A stretch of 64,000 bases of DNA from Octopus vulgaris (taxonomy: Eukaryota): NCBI GenBank assembly GCA_951406725.2, contig OX597836.1, forward strand, positions 21,142,001 through 21,206,000, read 5' to 3'. The notes beneath the pieces are model-generated. The model had not been told where the DNA came from. It worked only from the letters and a program-made list of their open reading frames with translations, and did no database searches. Position numbers and translations under genes: made by a program. Shown in pieces: positions 26,408 through 40,578 of this stretch (positions within the stretch are counted from its first letter, which is position 1; every line of letters begins with the position of its first letter).

Positions 26408-27639
26408 TTTTTTTTTAAATGTGATAGTCATGGCTAGAATGCCTTTCATAAGTCTGATCAGTTATGTCTGACTATGAGCTAAACAACACAACAATCTTCA
26501 AATTTTTTTCCTCCTCAGGTTGGACCAGATCAAGCAAGCTTATGATTGAAGACATTCCAGCTGTGACCATCTCACCTTTTTAGGAGTATCAAAAAGTACA
26601 TTTTTGAATGTGTCCTTTCTTTGGTTTGTTTAAAGATGGGTTCCAGAGCCTTTTTGCAGTTTTACAATTCAGAGCATAAACTTACATTTGCATGCTTTAA
26701 ACTTTGAGACAGCTGGATTGAGGAAAAGAACTCCTACACTGCAGGACCCCAACTGATGGAGAGAGGAAGAGCTACAGCCTCAAAATATAAGGGTTAGCAG
26801 TGAAATTGGAAATAAGCTGTCCTGCACAAACCTCAAGCTGTCCTTTTGGCAAGACATACCACCTAACAATCACTCTGTCTAGAGTTACAAGTAAAGCCAT
26901 AAGAAGCAGTATGGTGGATGCACAATCTCAGTGGAAGAGTATTCATAGTTAAATGCCAATACTCACACAATGCTAGAGAGATGAGACTCTGTGAGGTTGA
27001 TGATCAGAAACCCTGATCACCAAATTCCTCAAGTACATTACTACCAAAACCTATAAATACCTATAAATCTCAGCAACTATAAACATTATTAACTAATGGA
27101 CGATTTTTTTTTAATCCAAGCAAGTTCAACCAGATGATGAAGGTGTGAAGGTGTGATATATATAATGAATTGAACAACTGTTTAGAGGGTCTTTCATTGA
27201 AGCAGTATTTTTATATCCTGTATTTAAGGAATATTCCATACATTGTCTAGTGTGTCATTTATGCTTTTATTTTCAAGGTAGGGTGCAATTTGAGGGACAT
27301 TTGGCAGCTATTTCTAGCAGGTCATGCAACTTAATTAGAGACCACTTCTCAGAACAAGCCATAAGTCAACACTTCAGCGCAAACCATAAGCCTCATACTC
27401 TGGTCAGGGTCCAGAACGTATACGTAACAGGAAGGACAACCAAAGCATGATTGTATATTTGGTTTTGTGTCCAATTGATATGAAATCAATAAAGAGGAAA
27501 CCAGAAAGTAAAAAGAAAATATTCTTCATTTTCAAGAATAAACTCAATTCTTTTTCACTTTATTTATATTTTCCTTCTCCTCCTGATTTCTGTAACAGCC
27601 ATATTAAAAGCAGGTGCATGGTACATTACAAGCCAACAA

Positions 27640-27852
27640 AAGAGTTGTCTCTACATGGTTGCTTAACCTGCAAGGAATAGCAACCAAATCTTTACTCAAA
27701 GCACATCACCTTATTGTCTTAAATAAGGAAAGGATACATCAGACAATATAATCTTAAGCATAACCTGAAAAAAGATGGGATGGTCATAGCTGGAATGCCT
27801 TTGATTCATTAATCTACTTGATTCAGATTGACCTGGGGCTAAACAACAACAA
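27640..27852 (+). repeat. Representative of an old abundant repeat ending ggggctaaacaacaac (many other copies, e.g. ~6185, 26420, 39700, 42340, 49495, 54420)
   Basis: Recurring modules ctgc(t)agaaatagcaaccaaatc and ggtcatagctggaatgcctttgat..gacctggggctaaac(aac)n. Confidence 0.65.
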
Positions 27853-28170
27853 ATGATTGATTATCAGATACCATCAAAATTTCAAATTATGTGGACTGAT
27901 TCTCAATATATGACACTGAAGAGTTGTTGTAGCGGTGGTTGTTTTTGTTGTAAGAGTCTATCTTATTTTCAGTTAGTCAAGCTCATCAACATGGAATAAC
28001 CCCAAGCCATAAAACAAATCAGAAAGCTCTATCGTCATTAGACAGGATTTGGGGAATGTCAGATGTAATTAAAGATACAACATTGGACAGTTGTTAGTTG
28101 TTCAATGGACTCTAGCTTGGACAAATAACTTCATTTCTAGAGAGAAGCAAGGGAAAGGGGAAACTGAGAA

Positions 28171-28173
<3 letters not shown>

Positions 28174-28236
<63 letters not shown>
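28174..28236. repeat. (GA)n microsatellite
   Basis: Pure GA run. Confidence 0.95.
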
Positions 28237-28241
<5 letters not shown>

Positions 28242-29976
28242 AGAAGAAGAAAATTAAATCTTACGCGTATTGTTTCGAAACAAATGAGGTCATCACAGTT
28301 TTGAAAGATCTGTAGCAAATTGCTTACAGCTTAAAATCATCATCATAATAAATATATAATTACATAAATAAATAACTGAAAGTACGTTACAAATTAAATA
28401 AAAACATGATCAAAGTCGAAAGACAAACACAGAAATCAAATCTTTGAAATTATCGCTATGCTAAAAAAAAAAAAAAAAAAAAAAAAGCAAAATTTTTTTT
28501 TTTTAAATGTAGCCTATCTAAATCTGAAATATATGTTTTGGTTCATTTCACAAGATTCTTTACAGTGTTTTCACAATTTTAAAAATTTTATTAATGTTTT
28601 TTTATACATTTTACAAGTTATTTTTTTTTCTTTCATTTATTGTCAAATTAAAGATCTTATTTACTTGTCATTGGGAACAAAAGTATATTCAGGTGAGAGA
28701 TGGATGAAGATATGTACACACACACACACATCATCATCATCATTATAATCATAGTTTTAACATCCACTTTTCCATGCTTGCTGAGTCAGACAGAATTTGT
28801 TGAGCAGATTCTTTATGACTGGATGCTTTTCCTGTCATTAAATGGCACCTGTTTCCAGGTAATGTACCAATAAATTTACACAAAAACCTAGAAATACTCG
28901 ATTTCATGGAGAAAGAAACTGACGTGGATTCTCTAGATCCAATCTATTCATAGCACAGTGAAGATCTGTAAGATATTCCAAAAATTCTCCATCTGAGATG
29001 CTTATGTGAATAGACAACACAACCACATATTTACAAATGCCAGAAACTCGTAACTCAAAATGCCTTGTCACTTTATTAGCAACTGACTTGAACTCTCTCA
29101 AGAAGAACTTAAATAAAACTCAAAGGAAAAACAGATATATTTGAAGATTAAATATAAAAAATTACTCTAGCACTTGAGTTTTGTGGTATACACTTGACAA
29201 ACTGGATGTGCTATGAAAATAGTTCTCTAATTCTACACTATTTTTGTTTCAAATTTGTCTACATTTTAGCAGTCCAGATCTACCAGCAGATAATATCAAA
29301 GATATTCCAATCTTGAGCATTCTGTCTTTTTTATCTTTTTTTTTTTTATATATAGTCAATGTAACTAAGGGAACATTATCAGTAATGTATGATTTGAAGA
29401 AAATTTGGTTGCTATTTCTGGCAGGTCAAGGAAATGCATAGTGGCTCTATTATTGGCCCTATTAACTATGTATTTCAGTTAATTTTTAAAACAGCGAAGA
29501 ATTTAGAGTAGGGTAGTTTATAAATAAATTAAAAAAATTTGACTTCATTAAGTTAGTGTTCAGAACGTAACTAAACACATAATTCTTAAACAAATTGTAA
29601 TGTAAGGTTTTAATATAAATACATGCTTTAAAATAGACAGTTGTGTATTGTATAATTCAAGATGGTCTTGGGTTGGTACCAATAGAATTTTAAGCTATAA
29701 GATTTGTTGGACTGCATTATCCAAAATCTTCCTAATGCATCTGTGCATCAACTGTCTTAAATCATGTCTTAACATAGACAAGATATGATTTAAGATAGTT
29801 GGTCAGCATGATGCATTATAGCATCAAATAAAATGCATTGCAATATTTGTTCCAGCTCTATGTGCTCTAAGTTCAAATCTCTCCAAGTCAACCTTGCTTT
29901 TCATCATTTCAAGGTTGAAAAAATTCTGACTGATGGCCATAGTTTAGTTTAGGACATGATTTGAGAAAGATATACC

Positions 29977-30248
29977 CAAGGCTGGTTTTAGAGACAATTA
30001 GACAAACTTGTTAAAATTGGGCCCCATGCCAAGAGAGGGCCTTGCACACACACACACATCTGAGCAGAGGATGCTTTGATGAATTTTTAGGATATCATTG
30101 TGGCTAATGGTGGAGCCACAACCCTTCAATGTTTTTTTGGCTAGGATTGGTGTACTACATGAAGCATAAAACATTAATCTTCAGCTTTTGCAGAGTAAAG
30201 GGCCCTACTGACAATTCTCTAATTGGGCCCTACACTTCCTAGTGTGGA
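29977..30248. mobile_element. Decayed hAT-like MITE
   Basis: caaggctggtttta start; inner inverted blocks tgttaaaattgggccc / gggccctactgaca; no clear TSD. Confidence 0.35.
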
Positions 30249-31242
30249 TATATACTTGATGTTTCTAGTAGATCAAGCAACTACCCAGTAGTTCCTGTTG
30301 ATTCAGTTATCACATCATTGTAAACACATGGTACTTTATCAAATATTGTTTTAGATCATCCTTTTTTCTGTTTTAAATTCAACTCATCATTATCACCAAA
30401 ATATGGCTGAGAACAAGATAGGACAATCTAAATGAGGTTGGCACAGAATTGGTTATTTAAAAGAGGTCAAATGGAAGAGAATCATCATAAGTTGTAGAAA
30501 ACTCACATATGAAAAATCAAAAAACAAAAAAAAATAATCTGAAACAAAAAACAAAAATGTAACACAAACAATGTTACAGTTATTATAAAGAAAGTATTGA
30601 TTTAACATTTGCAATATTTTACTGCAAATGGAAATTAGCATAAATACAGAAAAATCCAAATGAGACAAGTCTTTTTGCTGGACTTGGTAACAAGCGTGTG
30701 TGTGTGTGTGTGCGTTTGGGGACTGTGCATAAATGTGTGTATATGTAGATAGCATGTGTGTGTATATGATGATGGCATGTGTGTGTAAATATAGCTTCAT
30801 ATTTGCCTACATGCAAACAAGCAATCATGTATATGTCTCTGAGTACACAAACAATATTCATTATATAGCCATATGAAAGGAAAGAGATGTTTTGTCAGAC
30901 ATCTTTTCCTTAAAGCTATTAGTAATGTGATTTATGTAGATTCATGTGCAAGCAGTGTGTGTGTGTGTACACGCGCATGTTCCTTATGGATTTGAAAACT
31001 AAGTTGCCAATTTTGACATATGAGGTATTAAAAGATTCAGTAATCTTTTTGCTACCAAATAAAGTATGTTTTTTGCACAACTCTTTTTTACTGCAAAACT
31101 AACCTCGAAAATTAGGTTGGGTCACACAATTTTGAGGTCTTTAGCTAAGGGAGGCAACTCTACCTGAACAATCTTTATGTCTTAGAGCATAATGAGATGT
31201 TTAAAATACATGGAGTTTTACCAGCGAATGAAACTTCAAAAA

Positions 31243-31495
31243 TATACTGTCAACTCTATTAGTATTGCAGCGTGGAAGGTGTTTATAAGCAATTTAAGAA
31301 ACACACAAAAACAGTTAGATTCACTTCAACATTTAAATTTGATTTGCCAAAATATTTTCATCGCTTTGAGACCACAACCTGTTCACTGACAAAATTCCAT
31401 GCTGCATCTCAGAATTTTGTCAGTGAACAGGTCGTGGTCTCAAAGTGACGAAAATATTTTGGCAAATTAAATTTAAATGTTGAAGTGAATCTAAC
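31243..31495. mobile_element. Asymmetric fold-back element (84-bp arms 31314-31397 / 31412-31495, 14-nt loop), probably pLTR-derived
   Basis: Arms are near-perfect inverted complements; the right arm has a hammerhead-like topology tttgtca-GTGAACAG-GTCG(T)..(T)GAC-GAA-AATATT-T-tggcaaa. Confidence 0.7.
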
Positions 31496-31775
31496 AGTTC
31501 ACAATCTCAGATCAGGTCACTTGCTATGCAATTACATCTCCGTAATTTATTAGCATTATTTAGAAGATAATCTTTTAATGTAAAGTATGTTTGTCTGTGT
31601 TTTTGTTTAGCCCATAGTTGCCTCTGATGTGGCAGACCCATTGCATAGCTTCTTTTTGTTTTGTTTTTTTTTTCTTCCTGAAATACTGTAAATCTGTTTT
31701 TCTTTTGATGAAAGTGTGTGTGTTTTAAGAGAGTTTGGCTGCTATTTGTAGTAGCTCAAGTTACCACAAAGACAC

Positions 31776-31811
<36 letters not shown>

Positions 31812-32457
31812 GTGCATGCGTGTGTGTGTGTGTTTTGCAGGCCCCTAACAAGAATCCAAGCCCTTGAGGCTTCTGGAATGACCAAGCTGAAGGAGTCAGG
31901 CTCCGATTATGGGCCTGCAAATCTTGAAGTAGTATAGAACCAAATCAAACAGTTTTAAATAATATATGTAAGTCTTACTAAATGTGTTGAATGCCCTTTT
32001 CTTTCATTTGTCCACTTATGTGTGTGTGTGTGTGTATATACAGTGTTTGTACTCTTACCCTACTTTTCTCAAATCACTAAATATTTTTGTCGTTAAGAAA
32101 GTCACTGACCAATGTTCTGTAAGTGGAATTTAGTAGACTGAGTTTATAAGGAATCAAATGTAGTGTACAAAAGAGAGAGAGATGACACTAGTTAATATGG
32201 AGATGCATCATGAATGAATAACCCCAAAAGGATGAAAGGCAAAGTCAAGCCTGGAGGCATTTGAACTCGGAACATAAAGTCAGAAGAAATGCTACTTAGC
32301 AATTTATCCAGCACAGTAATGATTCTGCCAGCTTGCCACCTTGTCAAAGCATATATATTAGAATATGGGTTTTACTAGCATCCCTTAATTCTTTAAGCCC
32401 TAACATTTATTCCACTCTTTCAGTCTTTACAAGATATTTTACGATTGTTATTCCACA

Positions 32458-32883
32458 GGCGCAGGAGTGGCTGTGTGGTAAGTAGCTTGTCTACCAACCA
32501 CATGGTTCCGGGTTCAGTCCCACTGCGTGGCACCTTGGGCAAGTGTCTTCTACTATAGCCTCGGGCCGACCAAAGCCTTGTGAGTGGATTTGGTAGACGG
32601 AAACTGAAAGAAGCCCGTCGTATATATGTATGTATATATATATATATATATATATGCGTGTGTGTGTTTGTGTGTCTGTGTTTGACCCCTAGCATTGCTT
32701 GACAACCGATGCTGGTGTGTTTATGTCCCCGTTACTTAGTGGTTCGGCAAAAGAGACCGATAGAATAAGTACTGGGCTTACAAAAGAATAAGTCCCGGGG
32801 TCGAGTTGCTCGATTAAAGGCGGTGCTCCAGCATGGCCGCAGTCAAATGACTGAAACAAGTAAAAGAGAGAGAAAAAGAGAGT
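32458..32883 (+). repeat. Young full-length major tRNA-headed SINE
   Basis: A-box-like tggctgtgtggt, B-box-like ggttcagtccc, CORE-like ccttgggcaag, central (TA)(TG) tract, tail ending (AG)n; CpGs retained; imperfect TSD gttattccaca / gttcttctaca. Confidence 0.9.
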
Positions 32884-35800
32884 TCTTCTACACTCACTTC
32901 TTAATGAGTTCTAAATATTTATTTATTCATCCATTCCATATCTAACTCCAAAAGTGGCAGATCATTTTGCCTGTTTTTTGTCTTTTACTACAACATTCAC
33001 ACATTAGGAGCATAATTGTCAAATAAAATTTAAACAATTGTATTATGAATAAACTGTTTATGTCCTTTAAGAATAATTACTTTACATTAGAAATGTTTCT
33101 TTTAAAATTATTACTGCAATTTCAACATTTCTTTAAAACTTGCATATTCATAAACTAGAATTTGTTTTGGTTTATTATTTTTCTTCTTTAAATTCTATAT
33201 AGCTTTGTTATATCTTGTTTTGTTTCTTTTGCTTGTTTTTCTATTCTCTGCTAACATATGTTCAGATAATTCAACTATCATCCCGGAAAGAGTTTTAGAA
33301 ATTGTTGGAACATTTTCCATGCTGATGTGGGTTGGACAAGAACGAATGAGGCAGAGGACTACATTAAGCTCTTATGCCTACTTTGGTATGGCTTCTACAG
33401 CTGGACACCCTTCCTAATACCTACCACTTTACAAATTATATTGGGTGCTTATTCATGATGCTGACCAAATAACTTCCAAGATTAAAAAAAAAAAGGACTC
33501 CTCAGTTGAGTGATATTGTAGTGGAGACAGAAGTGGCTTCATGTCAGGTGTTGTTGCAAGGTGAAAGTATAATAGAGAGGCAGACAAAGGAGATGAATGT
33601 GTGTGTCAAGTTTTTCATGCTTGCATGAATCAGACAGGATTTGTTGAAGCAGATTTTCTACAGACAGATGCCCTTCCAGTCACGAACTACCACCTATTTC
33701 CCAAGAAGGTAACATTTCCCCCATGACCAGACATGGTTTTGCAGAATACTGAAAATGAATGAAACTGCATATATGACAATGAAGTTCATTTGCTACTGTC
33801 ATGCATTGTCAAACCAAGAAGGCCACCCACAAATTGTGAAATAGTAGTGATATCTATTTTGATTTATGGAAAAGTGTTTCACAAATCAAATGGCATACAT
33901 GTAATGCATTATTGAAATTACTATTGCTTGTTTTTAATTCCCTAACCACAAACACAAATTATGCAGATGATACTACAAAAACACAGCTGAGATTCTTACA
34001 CAGTCTAAGCACATTTAATCAGACTTGCAAAGCCAGTGAGGGAGACTCTGCATATTCACACAGCCGACAAGAAACAGCAAAATCTTCCCTCGAACTGAAC
34101 CCTACCATCATAATAAAAGAATACATTGTGAAATGTAGTCCTAATATACAAATGGATGTGGTGGTCACTGCTGAAATTACTTTTTACCATAGGTCACCAG
34201 CTGGCAATAATTTGTACCTGTAATTCAGTACTGATTTTTTTTAACCTGGTACTTACTTTATTAATCTCTTTTACTAAACCACTAATTTATGGGGACATAC
34301 ACCAACACCAATTTTCAATCAGTGGTGGAGGACAAACACAGACACAAAGGCATGCACATATGACAGGCTTCTTTCAGCTTCCTTCTACTAAATCCACTCA
34401 TAAGGCTTTTACTGGCCTGAGGCTTTAGTGGAAGACACTTGCCCAAGGTGCCACATAGTGGGACTGAACCTAAAACCATGTAGTTGAGAAGCAAACTCCT
34501 TATCACACAGCTATGCTTGTACCTATATGTTCTCTTTTTTTTTTCTCTATAAAAAGCTACAATGTAATTGGAGAGTGATTTGGGGTTGTATTTCTAGTAA
34601 GTCATGTGACCACACAGAGGCTCTATCTATTACTCATTGAGACTTCGTATATGCAACGTTGGTGTATGTTTAATATATATTTCCTTCTTACCAAAACAAT
34701 CTTGTAATGTTACTGTATTATGTGATATCAGTAAAACACCTCCAGAACAGAACACATTTATTATATATGTACAGTTTAATTAATAAATGCCATCTTAAAT
34801 CCTGCAGGAGTTGCCAATACATAAATCTTCAGCCATGTAATTTAATATATTCCACATCAACACCAGCTTAACTGATTTGTAAGATAAATCAGATAGAACT
34901 AGTTTTCACATATATTCTAAATTTCAACAGCCTTTCTCTCTCTTTATATATCTATATAATGTGTTACATTAGTTTTCTCATTAATATACCCAATACTAAT
35001 TTCAACATTTGCTTGCCATGTTCTACTTATTGTCTGTCAAGTTAAATGCTAACCTTTTTACTTATTTATAAAGCAGTATCATAGCTCATGTGTGTCCAAC
35101 AAGTTAGGCAATTTGAAGTGTATTCATAAGCCAAAGTCTTCCAGACAAGAATTAGGCAAAGTTAAGTATTGAATAGAATACTATTTGGTATTTGTTCATA
35201 CTCTCTGTGCTCTGGGTTCAAACCCTGCCTAAGTCAACAATGCCATTCAATCTTTCAGAGTTGATAAAAATAAAAAAAAGTACCATTCCAGGAAGGCAAA
35301 TTGGCAGAAATCTAAGAATATCAGCAATATTTGTTCCAACTCTTTGCATTCTGAGTTCAAATCCTGCCAAGAAACAGCAGTTAAATTCTCTCCTCCCCAC
35401 TTCAATCAAACCCTTCTACCTTTAATAATAAAAGGAAACAGTGAACAAAGGTCATCCCTGGTATAAAAAAAAAGCGGATAGTGTAAACAAGAATATCTTT
35501 GCTCATTGATGATCTGATCAAACAGATCAGCTTTCATACTAAACAACAAGAGCTCTGATTTTCTACTCATGCTGGATGAACATTATCTCGACTTCCTTTA
35601 ATAGTTGAGTAGATGATAGCTCATATAATTAAGTATAACTTCAAACCAGTTTAAAAACTACATCATAAATTTTGGAATGAACTCTTACTATTTATTTAAA
35701 AGTTACTTCATTTATACTATGTAAAATAGTTCTGTGATGTTACCATAACAAGAAAAAAATAATCAAAAATACTCTTCAGAAGATATTATATGTAGGAAAT

Positions 35801-36121
35801 ATAGCAGCTGAAACTAATCAGAAAATAGACTGATTTGAATTAGTGAAGAAAGAGACATAAAAGACGAGATTAATCATTTGATAAATTCTCAGTATTCCAG
35901 TGCATGGAAATGAGAAATTTATCAAGAAGTATAATTGTTATATGGTATGAGAGAACTGGTTATAGCTTAAAAATGAAAAATAAAACGAGCTGTTTGTGTT
36001 GATGTTATTTATGTACAAAAATAAAACAAATTACTAAGTTCAGATACAATTTATTTTTAGCTTTAGATTGTAAGAATGTAGGACAGATTATTGAATCAAC
36101 TTTCATTTATGCTAAGTCAAA

Positions 36122-36160
<39 letters not shown>

Positions 36161-36498
36161 CACACATGCATAAACACATAAATTTAAAAAAAGCATGCAT
36201 CATAAATTAACATGGGGAAAATAGCAATAAAAGGGAGAAAATACTTAGGAAAGCTTACTACGCTGTATGTTATACCACCATAAGTTTTTCTTTTTTTTTT
36301 TTTTCAATAAAAAAAAAAAAACCATGTAACTCATAAAATACAAAGTGCAATGCCTAGATGAAGTAACTCTACTAAAACATTGCCAAGAGTTATCAACATC
36401 AAATTTCACCTTTTACCAATTTTCTACCGATATTTCTCTCTCTCACCCATCAGCTAACCTACATTAATACAAATTGAACATTAACTACATTAACCTTA

Positions 36499-36621
36499 CT
36501 TTAGTATTAGAGTTTCTGGAAGAGTTCACTCAGTTCAACTGCCGTGAGCAGTGAAGAATCTAATATGTCAGGTTCTTCTAGCCTTCATTTGAGAAAGATT
36601 GAGAATGTGTTGATGCTTGCA
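36499..36621 (-). other. Candidate non-coding or UTR exon (unverified)
   Basis: Acceptor ttattagctttcag, donor AAA|gtaagg, non-repetitive sequence; stops in all frames; same strand as the 12160-12213 candidate. Confidence 0.3.
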
Positions 36622-37200
36622 CTGAAAGCTAATAAAATTATTTTTGATGCAGATACGACTTAACTCAGAATCTAGATTTTTTTTTTTTATCCTTGATCAG
36701 TATAATAAGGACAGATATAAATGGTAATCCATCTAGGAAAACACAACTCCAAACAAAAACTATGCATATTGCTCATGCCAGGCACTATATCACATATTAC
36801 AAAGATTTCAGAGCAAAGAGCAAGTAAGGCTTTGTGCCTAAAACAGTTAGAGCAGGTACATGAGAAATAGTTCCTCTACAGTCCTTAAATGGAATTGTAA
36901 AATTTAACAGGAGAAAACAATTATTGAAAATCTTGTACTTCCAGTATGGTCAGACCAAGACGAAAATGACAACATCACCACTTGATGATTGGATGAAAGG
37001 ATAAAAGGCAAAACTAATCTCAATGGGATTTGAATTCGAAGTGTAAAGAATTGGAGCAAATACCACAAGGCAACTTTTCTGATACTAACAATTTTGCTAA
37101 TCCACTGTCCTTTCAATAAGGATGATAGCTGTTTCTAAATTAGGCTTTGGTCAAACATTTAGGGAAAGCAGAACAGCTGATTACATTGACTCTAGTACTT

Positions 37201-37448
37201 TGGTTAATCCACATTACTCCATAAGGAGCATAGGGCCAGTTTCCCAGTTTCTCTGACATATATATTCCTCCCTGGATGGGACACCGCTCTGTCACAGGAT
37301 TACTCAGTTTTACCAACTAAGTGGACTGGAACAACATGAAATGAAGCATTTTGCTCAAGCACACAAGGCATTACCCAGCCCAGGAATCTGAAACCACAAT
37401 CTTACAATTATCAGTCCAACACCCTAAATACTAAACCACTCATCTCCA
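37201..37448 (-). repeat. tRNA-headed SINE of another family nested in a Meta-domain SINE
   Basis: Head gtggagatgagtggtttag..ggtttcagattcc, cttgagcaaaatgcttcatttc; TSD ctagtactt on both sides. Confidence 0.7.
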
Positions 37449-38444
37449 CTAGTACTTAACTGGCACTTTATTTTATTGACTGGTGGTGAAAGGCAAATTT
37501 AACACAAGCAAGAACTTGGAATAGAGAGAGGTATCTTATCTAATGCTAAACTAGTTCTACTATCTACAGCCTTCTCAATGATAATAAAATGATTATTATT
37601 GGTAGTAGTAGTAGTAGTAGCAGTATTAATAATAATCTTTTCTACTTAAGGCACAAGGCCTGAAATGTTGGGAGAGGAAGGCTGATTGATTACATTGATC
37701 CTGGTGTTCAACTGGTATGTATTTCATTGACTCCCAAAAAAATGAAAGGCAAACTTGACCTCAGCAAAATATAAACTCAGAACATAAAGGAGGACCACCA
37801 TATTATTATTAATAATAAAATAGTTTTAAAATAAATTCGATATAATGCCTTCACATCAAGGATGTGAGTAAATACCACAAGGCATTTTTGTCTGATGCTT
37901 TAACAATTCTGTTGATCCACCATTGTGAATATATTTATTTGTTATCATAACAATTGATAAATTCCATAACACATATTACTCATAACCACTCTGAGTTCCC
38001 ACAGGATAAACCTACAAACAGCTTAAACGCTGAAAAGTCATAAAAAAAAATAGATTTCCTGCTGCCCACACAGCTCTTTCAACTCAAAATTTATACAACT
38101 CTATACTTGTGAATTAGAAGTTTCTATGGGAATTCCATATTACTTCATTTATTTGTAGATATAAGAGTGACAACTTTCAATAATTTACAGTTTATATTAT
38201 CTATTATCTTTTATTACAATTATTTATTTGCTTTTTATATGGAATGAAGCATTTAATGATGTTTACTAAAATCTTATTACACAATGCTAATACACAGATA
38301 TCCAGTTTATATTTGACATTTAGGATTAGAAAGAAGAGGGGTGGATTATTTATCAACCACCTAAATACTGTAGGTTTTGAAGAGACCTGTGCTGGTAGTC
38401 TGCATAAGCATGAAAGGATAATGATGAGCTACATGAGCTTATTG

Positions 38445-38830
38445 CTGTCTACATGAACCAAAGGAAAGAGGCCAGTGGCTGTCTACATGAGTCAAGGAGG
38501 GCCAGTGGCCGTCTATATGAGTCAAGGAGGCCAGTGGCTATCTACATGAGTCAAGGAGGCCAGTGGCCATCTACATGAGTCAAGAAGGCCAGTGGCTGTC
38601 AACATGAGTCAAGAACCAGTGGCTATCTACATGAGTCAAGGAGGCCAGTGGCTATCTACATGAGTCAAGAACCAGTGGCTGTCTACATGAGTCAAGAAGG
38701 CCAGTGGCTGTCTACATGAGTCAAGAAGGCCAGTGGCTGTCTACATGAGTCAGGAAGGCCAGTGGCCGTCTACATGAGTCAAGGAGGTCAGTGGCTGTCT
38801 TCGTGAATCAAACAGGTCTGTGGTTATTTA
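38445..38830. repeat. 27-30-bp minisatellite, 12 core copies plus degenerate flanks
   Basis: Consensus ggccagtggctgtctacatgagtcaag(g/a)a; head-to-tail with no spacers. Confidence 0.95.
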
Positions 38831-40052
38831 CATAAACCAAGGGAGATAGTGGTCTACATGGGTTCAGGAGGCTACTCATTATTTACATGAGCTATGGTAT
38901 TCTGAACAAACAAAACTCATTTCAATAAAGTTTAATGTATCACGAGAAGAAAATTCTAGTGTTAAGACAACATTGTTGTACAAAAAAAGAGTAGCAACTA
39001 GTATAAACAGTATATTTAGGATGGTGTAATTTGATGGGGTCATTGGTTGCTTTTTCTCATAGCCAGGTGACTATATAAATGCTCCCTTGTTAGCTTGTTG
39101 TTCAATAGTTTCACAAATACATACAGCTGAGAATAATGATAATGCTGGGATTAGATGGAGTACAATTTACAGGGTGTTTCAATAGTGATGGACCTCTCTA
39201 TTTCACATAGCTTTACTTTCCAAAAGCCACATAAAACAACTAACAAAAATCCATTCTAGGTTGCCTCGTTATACTCAAATTAAAAATGCAAAGCCATTTC
39301 AAACATTTGGAAGGCATAAATTAATAGAAAATAATTAGAGAAAATATTTTACTTTAAACACAGCAATAGCTGAAAAGAAAGAACAAGATAAAAATTCTTT
39401 CTGATTTCTATAATGAAATACATCACTTGTAAGAAAAATATTAATTGCTTAAAAATAAAAAGCATCAAAAAAAATTTATTTCATTAACAATTCTAATTAA
39501 ATTAAAACTGATGAGAAATTACAGTGCAACATCCTTGATCTGGCTCTCAGCTACAAAAGGTTTTAAAACAGATTCTGTAAACCATAGCAAAGTCTTGATA
39601 TTGTAGCATCAAAATAAAATAGATTTATTCTATCAGAAGTAAATTCAATTACAAATAAATAAATTGATGGCTAATTTATTAACATGGTGTTTGTTATCGA
39701 TGTCATTTAGCTTCAAACCAGCCTTCAATGAGCAGACCTATAATCAAAAGGTATTCCACCTATGATCATCCAATCTTATTTTGAGACATAGCACATCCTA
39801 AGACCAAGTTATTGAATATATCGTTTTTGTTTTTTTTTAAAGCAGTGTAATTTGAGGGAAATTTGACTAATATTTCTAGCAAATCAAATTACTATGTAGC
39901 TGCTTGTAATTCCATATTAAGCTACAGGTAAGACTTGACCCAACAGATCTAAGATCAATGAAATTCAATTCATGATCATCCTGTTTTTGTTTTTTTTTCT
40001 CTTAAAGCAGTGTAATTTGAGGGAGATGTACTCATTATATTGAAAAGACCCA

Positions 40053-40283
40053 GGCGGCCAGCCAGCAGAAACGTTAGCACGTCGGGCGAAATGCGTAGCC
40101 GTATTTCATGTGCCATTACGTTCTGTGTTCAAATTCCGCCGAGGTCGACTTTGCCTTTCATCCTTCCGGGGTTGATAAATTAAGTACCAGTTACACACTG
40201 GGGTCGATGTAATTGACTTAATCCGTTTGTCTGTCCTTGTTTATCCCCTCTGTGTTTAGCCCCTTGTGGGTAATAAAGAAATA
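40053..40283 (+). repeat. Young Meta-domain SINE
   Basis: Meta-like core gtcgactttgcctttcatccttccggggttgataaattaagtaccag; ~18-bp TSD tatatt(g/t)aaaagacccag. Older copies at about 14675, 23139, 37640, 55591, 62145. Confidence 0.85.
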
Positions 40284-40342
40284 TATATTTAAAAGACCCA
40301 GCAACCACACAGAGGCCTAATGAAGAGTACTGTTACATTAAA

Positions 40343-40578
40343 TCTCTCTCTATATAAACGGCAGTTTGTCTGTGCGTGTTTCTGTGTGTCTGTTTTCTCG
40401 TACCCTCACCCTGACCACGGCTTTCAACCGATTCTGATGAAACTTGACACACACATAGCCCAATGTCATAATTCAAAACTAACGCAGCGAAAATTTTGAA
40501 AAGTTCCTCCAGTTCTGAAAAAAATCGATAAATTCGACATGGGGTCGAGAATCAAAAGAAACAAACCACAGACTGTCT
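40343..40578 (+). mobile_element. Helitron-type 5' fragment flanked by a perfect 60-bp direct duplication
   Basis: Begins A|TCTCTCTCTATATAAAC, gtctgt-rich tract, aaccgattctgatgaaact; 40284-40343 is identical to 40579-40638. Confidence 0.75.

Noticed and set aside
28904-28982. Possible minus-strand terminal exon (DGEFLEYLTDLHCAMNRLDLENPRQFLSP*)
   Set aside because: Weak acceptor, no recognisable homology and no supporting upstream coding exon.
38445-38830. CRISPR-like array of ~29-bp repeats
   Set aside because: Units are contiguous without unique spacers, there are no cas genes, and the context is eukaryotic.
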